Shown here: positions 49,301-62,524 of the stretch, one piece after another
How positions within the stretch are numbered: the stretch's first letter is position 1
Layout of the letters: every line of letters begins with the position of its first letter
From: Macrostomum lignano
Taxonomy: Eukaryota
Assembly: GCA_002269645.1 (NCBI GenBank)
Contig: NIVC01002315.1
Location: 120,471 to 184,470 of the forward strand
Reading direction: 5' to 3'
Length of the DNA stretch: 64,000 nt
Program-made: the position numbers and the translations under genes
The notes under the pieces: model-generated
Told to the model about the DNA's origin: nothing
Databases searched by the model: none
What the model saw: the letters and a program-made list of their open reading frames with translations, nothing else

Positions 49301-50060
49301 CCAGCTGCTGGCCGCGGCCGATGGAGGTCGAGTTTACCTGGCCGACTTGGCCGGCCGCCTGCGGCACGCCATCGCCGATGTCGGGAGGCCGTCTGGACTC
49401 TGCGCCGATGCCAGTCGGCGCCGGCTGTTCGTTGCCGACTCCGATCGGCGTAGCATCGCCGTGCTGTCGCTGGAGACTCGCGTCCACCAGATCGTCATTG
49501 ATGTTGTGCCCTTCGCGCAGTCGCTTGGGGGCATCGGCATTCTTGATGGTCGACTGTTTCTAGCTGACACAGTTGGCGGACAGGTGCTGACTGACTGACT
49601 GACTGACTGACTGACTGACTGACTGACTGACTGACTGACTGACTGACTGACTGACTGACTGACTGACTGACTGACTGACTGACTGACTGACTGACTGACT
49701 GACTGACTGACTGACTGACTAACTAACTAACTAACCGCTGTACACCCTCAGGTGGTGGTCCTGGACGCGGACACGGGGCTGCGTCAGCTGGAATTCCGAG
49801 TGGACTCGCCCAGCTGGCTGACGGCGGACGCAGCCGCAGGCGTGCTCTACGCGGTGACCAGCGGAGGCCAGCGCATCCAGGCGCACTGCTCAGACGACGG
49901 TCGTCTAATTGCCAGCGTTGGCGTCGCCGGGAGCAACGGCCGGCGCCCTGGCGAGTTTCGCGACCTCGGCGGCCTGGCCGTGTGCGCGGGCTGTGGCGAG
50001 TTGCTGGCCTGCGATCGGGGCAACGGCCGAGTGCAGGTGTTCTCGCTGCTGCCCACTTGA
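46379..50060 (+). CDS. TRIM-NHL-like protein (RING, B-box, coiled coil, NHL/beta-propeller)
   Basis: Phase-0 exons 46379-46615, 47343-47609, 48147-48773, 49170-49583 and 49752-50060. RING CPVC..CNHTVCLRC..CPLGC; B-box-like CQRSGC..CEHC....CSRH; Ala/Arg/Glu helical region; NHL repeat GSNGRRPGEFRDLGGLAV...CDRGNGRVQVF. Confidence 0.88.
46690..47315. repeat. intronic minisatellite, 21-bp unit
   Basis: (CAACAGGGACTGGACACCAAA)n with 15-bp deletion variants. Confidence 0.95.
47890..48060. repeat. irregular short tandem repeat (GGATGTTTTGCCCCCC-like)
   Basis: About 9 variable units in TRIM intron 2. Confidence 0.8.
48774..49105. repeat. intronic minisatellite, 36-bp unit (72-bp dimer), beginning at the splice donor
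   Basis: GGGATCAAGGTGGCTGTTAGGATCGATGGGGATGTT alternating with GGGATCAAGGCGAATGCGGGGATCGATAGGGATGTT. Confidence 0.93.
49587..49734. repeat. (CTGA)33(CTAA)4 microsatellite filling TRIM intron 4
   Basis: The intron spans 49584-49751; the array covers 148 of its 168 bp. Confidence 0.97.
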
Positions 50061-50345
50061 GTGCCAAGACGCATGCAGTTAGCTCGTAGCTGCCAAGGAC
50101 CACTGGCACAGGTCGTTATATATCTAGATAGCTTACTGTTTCACACCCAAGTGTAGCTACTCGTAGTTACTACATGTATGTCAGGAGAAACAGCTTCACA
50201 GTATCTGATTGAGTTGCTCCCCCGTACGCTATGCTTTCATACCGTGCATATGTCAACAAGTAGGGAAATACAGTACGAATTTATTAGATGTACTGAGTCA
50301 GATTAGATTAGGATAGGACCTGGCGCAAAGTTATTGATGTGATAA

Positions 50346-50427
50346 GTCGCGATGGCCGAGTGGTTAAGGCGTTGGACTAGAAATCCAATGGGGTTTCCCC
50401 GCGCAGGTTCGAATCCTGCTTGCGACG
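50346..50427 (+). tRNA. tRNA-Ser-AGA: tRNA-Ser (anticodon AGA)
   Basis: 82 nt; acceptor stem GTCGCGA/TTGCGAC, anticodon arm TTGGA-CTAGAAA-TCCAA, long variable arm, GGTTCGAATCC, discriminator G, downstream T-run Pol III terminator. Confidence 0.96.
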
Positions 50428-51009
50428 AATTTTTTTATTAAATTTTTTAAATCCCGAATTTCAACATACCAAATGGTAACTAAAAAGATAAATTTATCAT
50501 AAAAAGCCTATAGTAGTTATTAAACATTTTATATTTATAATAGCACCTTGTACTTCTCTGTTTTCTTAAAATTACGTAATCCGAGCGTTTTATCATACTA
50601 TTACTACTACTTAGCTATGTACAGTAGCTTAACTGCACAAGAACAAGAAGTGAAAATCAAATATCTTCTGTAGATTCAGTCTGCTGAAGTCGAATTGTTT
50701 CGCGTCATTTTAATAAATTTTTTGATTATTTTTGACTTTGCCTGTATGCAGTGTACACAATAATTCGTATTTTTCACGCTTCAAGCACGCACACTCCTCT
50801 AGTTTTTACGCATGCTTTTCACTCGTTTTTTATGCCACCTAGTGAAAAACACCCTAAAGTATTACAACTTAATTCCTATACTGCATAATATGTTCTATAC
50901 ATAAGAAACAGTTAATAATTAAATATACAAATGAGCTTTGCAATAAAATTATTCAAGATGAGTTAGTTTTTGGTTATTCGAGTGTCAAGGTCTGCAAGAG
51001 TCTGGAGTA

Positions 51010-52195
51010 AGACAGTCTACAACACCCTGTTGGAGAGCATGACAGTCTGTGAAACACCCTGTTGGAGAGCATGACAGTCTGTAAAACACCCTGTTGGAGA
51101 GCATGACAGTCTGTAAAACACCCTGTTGGAGAGCATGACAGTCTGTAAAACACCCTGTTGGAGAGCATGACAGTCTGTAAAACACCCTGTTGGAGAGCAT
51201 GACAGTCTGTGAAACACCCTGTTGGAGAGCATGACAGTCTGTGAAACACCCTGTTGGAGAGCATGACAGTCTGTAAAACACCCTGTTGGAGAGCATGACA
51301 GTCTGTAAAACACCCTGTTGGAGAGCATGACAGTCTGTAAAACACCCTGTTGGAGAGCATGACAGTCTGTAAAACACCCTGTTGGAGAGCATGAGTCTGT
51401 AAAACACCCTGTTGGAGAGCATGACAGTCTGTGAAACACCCTGTTGGAGAGCATGACAGTCTGTAAAACACCCTGTTGGAGAGCATGAGTCTGTAAAACA
51501 CCCTGTTGGAGAGCATGACAGTCTGTAAAACACCCTGTTGGAGAGCATGACAGTCTGTAAAACACCCTGTTGGAGAGCATGACAGTCTGTAAAACACCCT
51601 GTTGGAGAGCATGACAGTCTGTAAAACACCCTGTTGGAGAGCATGACAGTCTGTAAAACACCCTGTTGGAGAGCATGACAGTCTGTAAAACACCCTGTTG
51701 GAGAGCATGACAGTCTGTAAAACACCCTGTTGGAGAGCATGACAGTCTGTGAAACACCCTGTTGGAGAGCATGACAGTCTGTAAAACACCCTGTTGGAGA
51801 GCATGACAGTCTGTGAAACACCCTGTTGGAGAGCATGACAGTCTGTGAAACACCCTGTTGGAAAGCATGGCAGTCTGTGAAACACCCTGTTGGAGAGCAT
51901 GACAGTCTGTGAAACACCCTGTTGGAGAGCATGGCAGTCTGTGAAACACCCTGTTGGAGAGCATGACAGTTTGTACAGCAGACTCTTGGAGATTCTGACA
52001 GTTTGTACAGCAGACTCTTGGAGAGTATGACAGTTTGTACAGCAGACTCTTGGAGATTCTGACAGTTTGTACAGCAGACTCTTGGAGATTCTGACAGTTT
52101 GTACAGCAGACTCTTGGAGATTCTGACAGTTTGTACAGCAGACTCTTGGAGATTCTGACAGTTTGTACTGCAGACTGTTGGAGAGTATGACAGTC
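51010..52195. repeat. minisatellite, 32-bp unit, two subfamilies
   Basis: (GACAGTCTGTAAAACACCCTGTTGGAGAGCAT)n to ~51965, then (GACAGTTTGTACAGCAGACTCTTGGAGATTCT)n. Confidence 0.97.
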
Positions 52196-52449
52196 TGTAT
52201 AAGAAACAAAAAAGAAAAAAGAACCAAACGCGGGCAAAAGCAGCCCGAGTAGCATGTTTTTTCATCCAACAAACAGCACAATGGCTCTTCATATTCAGCT
52301 CGGCAAAACCAAGTGTATTTTTAGAGCAAGTGTCACTAGGCACTGCTGACGGTCAACAGTGAACGCACGAAGCAGACAATTACTAGTTATGGACTTTAGA
52401 AAAGTCCAGAAACACTCCACAGACTGTCTTTTCCCATTCTGTCAATCAA

Positions 52450-53447
52450 TTATTCCTTCTTAATGTGACGCTTCTTGTTTGGCTTGCGAAATCGAAGCGC
52501 GTTCGGCTTGGCCTTGGCCTCCTTGCGGATTTTACCGGCCGCCAGGGCGATGATGCTGTTGCGGATCTGTTGGGGAGAGTTGAAAGGATTATATGTATGC
52601 ACGTCTATTTTCAATGCAATTGGATTACATGACTGTTAATTCGATTTGATTAATGAGGGCGATTCTTGAAACAAAGAGATTAGACTTTTAATCCGATCGG
52701 ATTAGTGGGAGGCGATTATTGAAACAATGGGATTAGACTTTTAATCCGATCGGATTAGTTGAAGGCGATTCTTGAAACAAAGGGATTAGACTTTTAATCC
52801 GATCGGATTAGTGGGAGGCGATTCTTGAAACAATGGGATTAGACTTTTAATCCGATGGGATTAGTGGTGCCGATTCTTAAAAACAAAGGGATTAGAGACT
52901 TTTAATAGGATGGGTTTAGTAGGGGCGATGGCTAGTAACAATGGGATTAAGGGTCCATACTGAATCCTTGGGGGTTCGAATTTCAATCTTAAATGGGTTA
53001 TAGTGAAGATTCTATAAGCAGAGTCGAACTAATTCCCCCGTCAAATACATATGGCAACAAGGGCAAAATGGTAAAGCAGTGAAAGCCGCTAACCTGTTTC
53101 GCGCGAGCCAGTTTAAACCGATCGAAGTCGCTCATGTTAGTGCGCAGGCGGCGAGCCTCCAGCTTCTTAGCCCAGCTGGTCTCCTTCCACTTCTCGTCCA
53201 GCTTAGCGGCCGTCCATTTCCGCCTGACAACAGCGGTGCGAGCTGAGTGCGGCAGGTCGATACAGAATCTAGTCAGGTGCAGGCGCTTCATGTCGCACAC
53301 CTGCCGGCGAACGCCGCTGCACGGACCGTCAATCAGGACTCGGTTCTGGTCGATAATTTCAGCGATTGCACACACCTTGCCAGAGTCTTTGCCGTTGGCA
53401 ATGAAGGCCACGCGGCCGACCTCGACGAATTTATCGAGCTTGCCCAT
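52450..53447 (-). CDS. RPL14: 60S ribosomal protein L14 (eL14), 156 aa
   Basis: Exons 53447-53094 and 52566-52450; FVEVGRVAFI...AIAEIIDQNRVLIDGP...W..TSWAKK......MSDFDRFKL; Lys-rich tail. Confidence 0.96.
52655..52950. repeat. intronic tandem repeat, ~53-bp unit containing a 16-bp palindrome
   Basis: About 5 copies; TAATCCGATCGGATTA at 52689, 52742 and 52795. Confidence 0.9.
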
Positions 53448-53544
53448 TTCGAGCTACCTTGCCAGCTGCAAAATAAGCGTACAATAAAAGCATATATTAG
53501 CAATTACTTAAAGTAATTTTAAATTATTAAATAATAAACACGAG

Positions 53545-54362
53545 GATTTGTGAGACCAGGGATCTATCACGAGGCTCTGTGAGAGGAGGGATCTATCACG
53601 GGATCTGAGAGCAGGGATCTATCACGAGGCTCTGTGAGAGCAGGAATCTATCACGAGGATCTGTGAGAGCAGGGATTTAGCACGAGGATCTGTGAGAGCA
53701 GGGATCTAGCACGAGGATCTGTGAGAGCAGGGATCTATCACGGGATCTGAGAGCAGGGATCTATCACGAGGCTCTGTGAGAGCAGGAATCTATCACGAGG
53801 ATCTGTGAGAGCAGGGATCTATCACGAGGATCTGTGAGAGCAGGGATCTATCACGAGGATCTGTGAGAGCAGGGATTTATCACGAGGCTCTGTGAGAGCA
53901 GGGATCTGTGAGAGCAGGAATCTATCACGAGGATCTGTGAGAGCAGGAATCTATCACGAGGATCTGTGAGAGCAGGGATCTAGCACGAGACTCTGTGAGA
54001 GCAGGGATCTGTGAGAGCAGGGATCCATCACGAGGATCTGTGAGAGCAGGGATCTGTGAGAGCAGGGATCCATCACGAGGATCTGTGAGAGCAGGGATCT
54101 GTGAGAGCAGGGATCTGTGAGAGCAGGGATCTGTGAGAGCAGGAATCTATCACGAGGATCTGTGAGAGCAGGGATCTGTGAGAGCAGGGATCTATCACGA
54201 GGATCTGTGAGAGCAGGGATCTATCACGAGGATCTGTGAGAGCAGGGATTTATCACGAGGCTCTGTGAGAGCAGGGATCTGTGAGAGCAGGAATCTATCA
54301 CGAGGATCTGTGAGAGCGGGGATCTAGCACGAGACTCTGTGAGAGCAGGGATCTAGCACGAG
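53545..54362. repeat. composite minisatellite (29-bp and 16-bp units) between RPS27A and RPL14
   Basis: (GATCTGTGAGAGCAGGGATCTATCACGAG)n with internal deletions. Confidence 0.95.
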
Positions 54363-54625
54363 GATGGAAAAGAAGGATCTAACACAAATTCTGATAAGCT
54401 GAAGCATGCAACGAGAGGATCTAGATTGAGAACTAATCGGGAACAATCTAAAGCCAGTTAAAATATAAACACTCATAACGAAAAACTTCTATCCAAACGC
54501 TTCAAGCCAACTGTGCATAGTGCATAGGCTTTTTCAGTTTAAAAGAACAGCTTTTATTTATGCGCGAAAAACTTGACACTGCCATCAATCACTCTCCAGT
54601 TACTTGGTTGAAATCGTCCCGGGAT

Positions 54626-55216
<591 letters not shown>

Positions 55217-58200
55217 TTAGCCACGCACTTTTGATCTTTTTTTCATAACAACTTTATAAATAAAAAGTTGTTGCATATATAGCAACAATCCTGAATCCCA
55301 GTCTAAATAGTTTTCTCCTACATCTAAATTTCAGGGCTAAGGCTGCACTTCATGACATCCCAATGTGTTAGATAAATGTAGTTTGGTCCTGGCAAGGCAA
55401 TTTGGCCTAGAAATGTAGCCCTACAAGCACAAAATTCTAAATTCACAAACATATATATATATCATTAAATTTTGCTAGCATTTGTGCAGTATACATTGTA
55501 TGCCCCTCATTTTTTGCATGTACCCTTAACATTGTAAACATTACTGCAACAGGTTCTTTTGAACTACATAAAGACAAGGTGGCTACATAGACTTACATCA
55601 CAGCACAAATGGCAACAAAGTGACCTGCTGTTGGCCAACCTCCTACCCAGTTTTTCAAGCCATCAGTACCCCCTACTGGCCAAAGTAGGACAATAATACC
55701 ACATCATCACTTCTGCCTTGGCTGCTTCATAGACCAGGCACACTTCCAAGTAAGGTTAACTGAACCCAATAGTGCTTATGTATGAAAAATATGGCATATT
55801 TAGACATTGAGCTCCCTAGGTTTACTAATTTTAACAATTCTGATTTTAATAATTTTTAACTACTTAGAATATATAATAACTTATGCATGTAGCAACGATG
55901 CTGATACAAATGACTACAAAAGTACAAAATCTACACTATGCTTATACTTATTTTTATAGTAAACTTAATGTTTCCTAATGCCTAACTTCATTCAATAGGG
56001 TATCAAAAAAATTAAGTTGTTGGCTAAGTTTCTTCTAGATTACCATAAAGATGTCTTGCCTATCTATGTAGCAGGAATGAGTCTAATAACAATCAAGCTG
56101 ACTATAGTTCTAGCACAACAGAGATCCTTACTTTTAGGGCTATAGGTTTAAGTGCCTATTTTCTTTATAATCTAAAGTCCTAGATGGCTAGATATATACA
56201 AATAGATTTTTATATTATATAAAGGGTATAATAAATGTCTCTATCTAATTAGGTTGTTTGGCTATTAATTTATTCATGATAGTTACATTTTTAATAAACC
56301 AATTATACTACAAATGGGTATATATGAAAACTTCTTTTAATAGAGGCTATTGCCAAATTGTTTTATGGAATAATGCACTCTTAGCAAAAAGTATGGTGGG
56401 CAAAGCAACAAGGTCCTATAGCACCATACTAAGCTGAAGTGCATACTGCCTCCCTTGGGTAAAAATGCCTATATTAAGCCATTCTTAGACAAGACAATAT
56501 GCTATATTTTAAGGGTAATATGATATGAAGTGTAGCATCTATAAGTACTATATACTATGCTTTATTAGGCTATACCATGTACTATATAATAAGCAAAGTG
56601 GTGGATCAGCCAAAGGACCTAACATTGTACAGCAAATGTTTTGGCATAGCAAATAATTATACTTGTATAACATTTTATACACAAGTATAAAAAGAAAAAA
56701 TGAAATTTGTGCATTTTTGCTAAAATTTAAAATTGTTAAAAACATGAAAATCAGTTTTGGGTTATCAAATAGTTATCAGATTTTATGATTATAAATTATA
56801 ATGCAGAGACAAATATTATGACTCTTATTTATAGTAGGGCATAATTTAGAGGCAGAATTTAAACAAGATATATTTGCTTTTTTATTACTATCAATAGTTT
56901 TGGCCAATGAAAGTAATTATAATGGGGTAGATAGCAAATTTTGGGCTTCTTTATAATTATAAAGCAGTTGAGATTCAGAGAAAAGCATTGCATTGTCTTC
57001 CATGTGTGGTTTTTTAATTTCTAAATTTCTATCAAAGAACTCAAGATAAAAGAGGAAGATAGGGAACTAAAAATAGGAAATGCACAGAGTTTTGCACAGA
57101 AGAGTCTTGCCTCTAAAACTGGGAGTCTTGCCTAAGCACTTAAGGGAAACATAATATTAAATATAAAACAAACCACATGTATATTAAACATTTCTTTTTT
57201 AGTTGTTAAACTTGTATTACAACTTAATATTACATTGGTGTCCTGACTCAATCCTTTAACATTAACAATACTAGGGTTAGGGACTATCAAGAACCTGGTA
57301 ATAGCATTTTACCAATTCAAATCCACTAGAATAATAAACCAGTAGCATAAACTGCAAACCACAATAATCTATAGTGATAATGTATTTTTTGGTGCATGTC
57401 ATATACCAAAATATTAAACATATTCACCAAAACCCAAAATCACTTTTTGAATAACAATATGTACACTAAATTTCTTAAATGTGCCCTAGAAATTTCTGGT
57501 ATACATGCCTTTTTCTAGACTTTTCTTGGGTTTTTGTTTTCTTTTGTTTTGCATGCTTTTTGCAATTACGAGTATTACTTTTGTTTGCTGAACCACTTGT
57601 GGCCTCATGGCATGTCCAATGCAATGATAACTACTTATGTGTGTCCTATTTAAAATTGTGTATTGGTTGTAACTTTTAACTTTCTGTTTACTTCTACAAC
57701 TTTTTCTAGTTTTCCTATTTTTGTTTGGACTATTTAACCACAGTCCAGATCATGGAAAGCATATGTCAGAATAAAGAATTCTTGTTTTGGTTATTTTGCA
57801 AACATAAAATAAAAAAATTTACATTGAGTCCTGAGTTGTTTATACACTATTTTTTAAAAGAATATGTACTATTAGAAATAAAGGAGTTCTAAACTTTAAA
57901 ACTACCGTTTTTTTGCTAAAAAAACTGATATTGCGGAAGGTTTTCTGTGTACACTAGACATATTTTCATTAAATTTTCAATTGTACATCAACAAATATTA
58001 AATGTATGCCAACTTAAAAAACAGTAAAAAAATGAAGAATATTTAAATTAAAAATTGTATTACAAAAAAGTGATAATGACATGACGATTATTGTGACAAT
58101 ACTGGTAATTAAAATGATTAGTAAATGAGAAAATAGTAGCAAAAAGAACAGTTTTTGAAATAACTTAACATAGAAAAATGCACAAAAAAATCTTTATATT

Positions 58201-58629
58201 AATTTGTACACCAGTCTTTTATGCCACACTGTATACAGCTAAGAAATGTATGCCGGTATATGCCACAGAACTCAAGTATATGCCGGAAAATTCTAGTGTA
58301 TATCTCTCCTTCTGCAATATAGCCTGAATATTCTATATACCAAGTGTATGCCAAGATTGTTAGCAAAAGCAAAAATATGCTAGAATTTTTTGTCATAAAG
58401 GCCACTTTCCAGACTATGGCTGCTTAGTAGTACTTAAGTAACCTTTTATTAAACTTAAACTATACCAACTTTCAAATTACTTTATTCCTAACTAAAGCTT
58501 TGCTAGGAGTCTTGTACATGGCCACTTGACTGAATTTAATATAAGACTCTTATTAGGAGTCTTAAGCTAATAATATTTAAACATGTTTATTATTGGATCA
58601 ATAATAAATCTAGCTACTCAATCTTAAGT

Positions 58630-59444
58630 GGGAGTGCTTATTTAGCCGGCACCGGCCGAATAAGTTCGCTACTATTTAGCCGGCAGTCCTGCCCCACTGC
58701 CGGTCAAATAAGCTCGTCACTATTTAGCCGGCAGTCCTGCCCCACTGCCGGTCAAATAATTGCGTCACTATTTAGCCGGCAATCCTGGCCCCAATGGCCA
58801 CGCCCATATATATATTTATTTGAGATATTTAAACTTTGGGCAATACAAAGTATAGGTAAAGCGAATATAAATCAATGCAGATTCAGTACAATTTATTACT
58901 TGCCTTCAAGTTTGTTTAATTGTTTCTAGAAGTCTTGCATATTCCGGAAATTATTTGTAGCAGCAGAAGACACATTAACAATTAAAAAATTAATTATGCA
59001 TGTTTTACTTTCACTTTAATCTATGAATCAAAAAACTCCAAAATTGTCGGATTAATAATTAGCTTGTGTATGTTAAATTATTAATTTAAGGTCATGACGA
59101 GCAGTGCGCAGTTATAAAATGTATAAATGTATTTTGACCAGCGTGGCCATTGGGGCCAGGACTGCCGGCTAAATAGTGACGCAATTATTTGACCGGCAGT
59201 GGGGCAGGACTGCCGGCTAAATAGTGACGCAATTATTTGACCGGCAGTGGGGCAGGACTGCTGGCTAAATAGTGACGCGCTTATTTGACTGGCAGTGGGG
59301 CAGGACTGCCGGCTAAATAGTGACGAGCTTATTTGACCGGCAGTGGGGCAGGACTGCCGGCTAAATAGTGACGAGCTTATTCGGCCGGTGCCGGCTAAAT
59401 AGTAGCAAACTTATTCGACCGGTGCCGGCTAAATAAGCACTGCC
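58630..59444. mobile_element. young MULE/foldback-like MITE with modular TIRs
   Basis: Termini GG(G/C)AGTGCTTA; arms ~58630-58803 and ~59140-59444 built of 48-bp subunits (about 3 versus 5 copies); perfect 9-bp TSD ATCTTAAGT (58621-58629, 59445-59453). Confidence 0.88.
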
Positions 59445-62409
59445 ATCTTAAGTAATTTGTCTATTAGGTAAAAAATAACCAAGTAATCTCTATTTTGAAC
59501 AAGCTCTAAGAATCTAACATTTTATAACATAATTTATAATGGTAGCAACACTATGCAACTCTTAGAAAACATTAACAAATTTCAATGTATATTAAGTTAA
59601 TGGTATCTAAGGATCCCAAATTGAACAACTTATGCTTATACATATATAACTACTAGCCAAAATTGTGGTAGACCAGGGTTAAGTTGCCAAAAAGGGCCAA
59701 GAGAATAGACAGAATACTAATTAGATAACAAGGCATTTAGCCTTATAAGATAGTCATAGTTATTCCTATTATTTAAAAAAATTGCTGCATGGTCAATGGT
59801 TTCTTTTATACTTATGTTGCATTTTTGGTCAAAAAGTAAATCAAATGGCCAGTGTAAATCAGGGGGTGAGCATATGTGTGCCTGTTAAAGACCACTTAAC
59901 TACAATCATTATTATCCTACCTACCAGGATGGAATTTTTAAATGAGATAAAATCTTGGGCACATTCTGTGCATGCTGAAAAAATTTGCACACTTGCACGC
60001 ACATTTTTGACAAACTTGCACAACTTAAAAAGGTTCATGGGTCCGCAGCTTATTGTAGCCATTTGTAGGGACTTAAGTGAGGTTACCATAAGCTGATAAT
60101 TACACAAAAAATTGTAAAAGTGTTTTTTTAAAGAAATTGCTAAGCAAAGAAAACGTTTTTAGTAAAAACAAAATATACACGTTAAAGAAGAGTCTATACT
60201 CGTTCTAATTAGATATAGAAACAAAACTTATATACATTACATGCTGAGTATTGTACCACTGAACTTTGTCTTATTTTGTTTCTCGTTTTGTTGAAAAGCC
60301 AAATTGTCGTAGATTTTAATTTAAAAAGCATTAAATAAAACAAATCAAAAAACGTTGTTTAGTAAGCTTTTAATGAATAAATTGCAGCGCGTTAAATGCC
60401 TGCTATCACAGTTTTATTAAGATCAAAACGTCCATGAAGTTATTTTCGCTTTTTGAATTCGTCTTGTGAGCAATATCTCTGTGAAGCTACGTGTAAAACT
60501 TGATATACTTAAACCTTCTAAATCTAATGATTAAAGATGATACACGATGTGGATATGCTAATGAAAATATAATATATTGTGACGAATAAAGGCGGGAAGA
60601 CGTACGACTTGTGTAGCGGTTAAATTTAATAATCTAGAGCCAGCAGCTGACTTCCCTTAGCGTAAATTGCAGATATCAGATTTGGTATGTTTAATTAAAT
60701 GTTAGGTTTGGATTGGTAGCTGCTTAATTTTAGTGCGACTAAAGCAATTGAATGCGACGGCTAAGGGGCCGCGAGAAGCGGAGCGAAAACCCAGGAGAGA
60801 AGGGAGAGAGCGGCGGCTGACTGCAAGCGTATATTTAATTGGTAAGGTAAACAGATAACAAACAACATCCCTAATCCAAAATCCAGACAAACCCCTCACG
60901 CGGCGGGAAATGTACTTGTACAAATTAATCGATTAATTAATATATCGGGTAAGAATAACATACGCCAGTACATGTACATAGGTAGATCTACTGTACGAGA
61001 AATAATAACGATATGAATGAAATACAACTAATAGAATAAATACATACGAGGCTACAAAAACAAAGCAATTAACTGTAACATTAGCGCAATAATAATGCGT
61101 ATAGAATATTGTTAAAATAAATTTAAAAATACAAGTACGTAGTATGCATGCAATGCGAGATAAGGAAGTACGATCAGATGATTCTATGAATTACACTGTC
61201 ACAATATTATGGAATTTTTTCACATCTCTATAGGAATCAAGAGTGCCATCTATGAGTGTATAGGCCTTCTTTTGCTTTTTACTATTTTTTTAGTCTCAGC
61301 ATAACAAAGTATGAATCACGAAACCTAGTTTTTTTGCCTTAAATACCTCTCACTGCATCTACAGACCTCTACTGCGAGCCTCAAAGCAAGATTGAAATAA
61401 GAGCACAGGTTTTTAACCACTTGTGATGAAAGCAGGCTAGCTATCTAAATAAAATAATAATGTTGTTTGCTTTACCGAGTCTACCAGTGAGAATTAGGCA
61501 TCAGGATATTCTAACAATGGTCATCTTTTAAATGTAAAACTCAACGAAAAAAATTGGATGAAACAGTTTTTACGCAAGGTGATAAAAGCTAGAAAAATTT
61601 AAAACTATTTTTTATTTTCCGGTAATTTCGTTCAATACAACTTTCTACGAAATTCGAGCTAATTATGCGAAAAGTCTCGAATAAGCAAACCAATGACCAT
61701 TTACACGATCAATGTAAAAAAGAAATCAAATTTTGTATACAAACGGTGCGACCACATTGAATTTGGTTATTTTTTATTGCGGTGTGAACAAGCCTTTTAG
61801 GACTTGCAAAACGTAGATTAATAGAATCGACAACGACATGCTTCAATGAAAAGAACCCATAGGCCATAGCCGCATAAGCATAGTCCTTCGGCCTATAGGG
61901 CCTACTGTCCTTACACTACATAAAAATAAGAGCACAGTAATGACACTAGTTAAGTTTATTTGCAACATTAGCTAAATGACTAAAGCAAGCTTAAAAAATT
62001 GGACTACTGTACTGAGACTGACAGAAGCCTTGCCTTTGGTCTTAATTATTAATATTATTGTCTTGTCTTGAAACAAAAATTATTAATTTAGGAAATCAAT
62101 TCAATAATCAAATTTCAAGCCAAAACCTCTACTTACTATGGCATAATTGGTTAAATATTATCAAAAAGTATTCAATAGGTCATTTACTTAAAAAAAACAG
62201 ATTTTCAAATTGCAATTAAACTAGGCCTAATTAATATAAAGCTAGGCCTTTTTATAAAATTTTTATATCATTTAGATAATTTTAATTAATATGTATTTCA
62301 ATTTTGAACTAAGACCCCACCCCTAATAGGCCTACACAGTCTAGAAAAGAGTGTAGAGTAAAATATACCATTTTAATTTATACTTGGAAATGTATTTAAA
62401 TTATTTTAA

Positions 62410-62524
62410 GCCTATCCTGTAGTTTCGCACGTTAAATTATTACCCCCACCCCCCCCCACCACCCTTGAATAGAGGGCGAAATAATTCCGTAAAATAATTT
62501 AACGTGCGAAACTACAGGATAGCC
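62410..62524. mobile_element. 115-bp MITE, Merlin-like
   Basis: ~30-bp TIRs G(C/G)CTATCCTGTAGTTTCGCACGTTAAATTATT; perfect 8-bp TSD TATTTTAA (62402-62409, 62525-62532). Confidence 0.82.

Noticed and set aside
27320-50109. Antisense and alternate-frame ORFs over RFX, CRBN, METTL15 and TRIM exons
   Set aside because: These are expected shadows of GC-rich coding sequence with no independent motifs.
3480-52343. Long repetitive ORFs (e.g. 3480-4376, 5179-5973, 6600-7524, 9411-10075, 11568-12191, 15725-17343, 20449-21600, 24164-25191, 50974-52343)
   Set aside because: They are stop-free frames of tandem DNA repeats, often open in several frames and both strands, and mostly lie inside introns.
52385-52440. 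Minus-strand EKTVCGVFLDFSKVHN resembling a LINE reverse-transcriptase motif
   Set aside because: Only ~16 aa with an internal deletion and no flanking RT sequence; too short to call.
52567-53093. snoRNA expected in a ribosomal protein intron
   Set aside because: No paired C/D boxes or H/ACA hairpin architecture could be seen.
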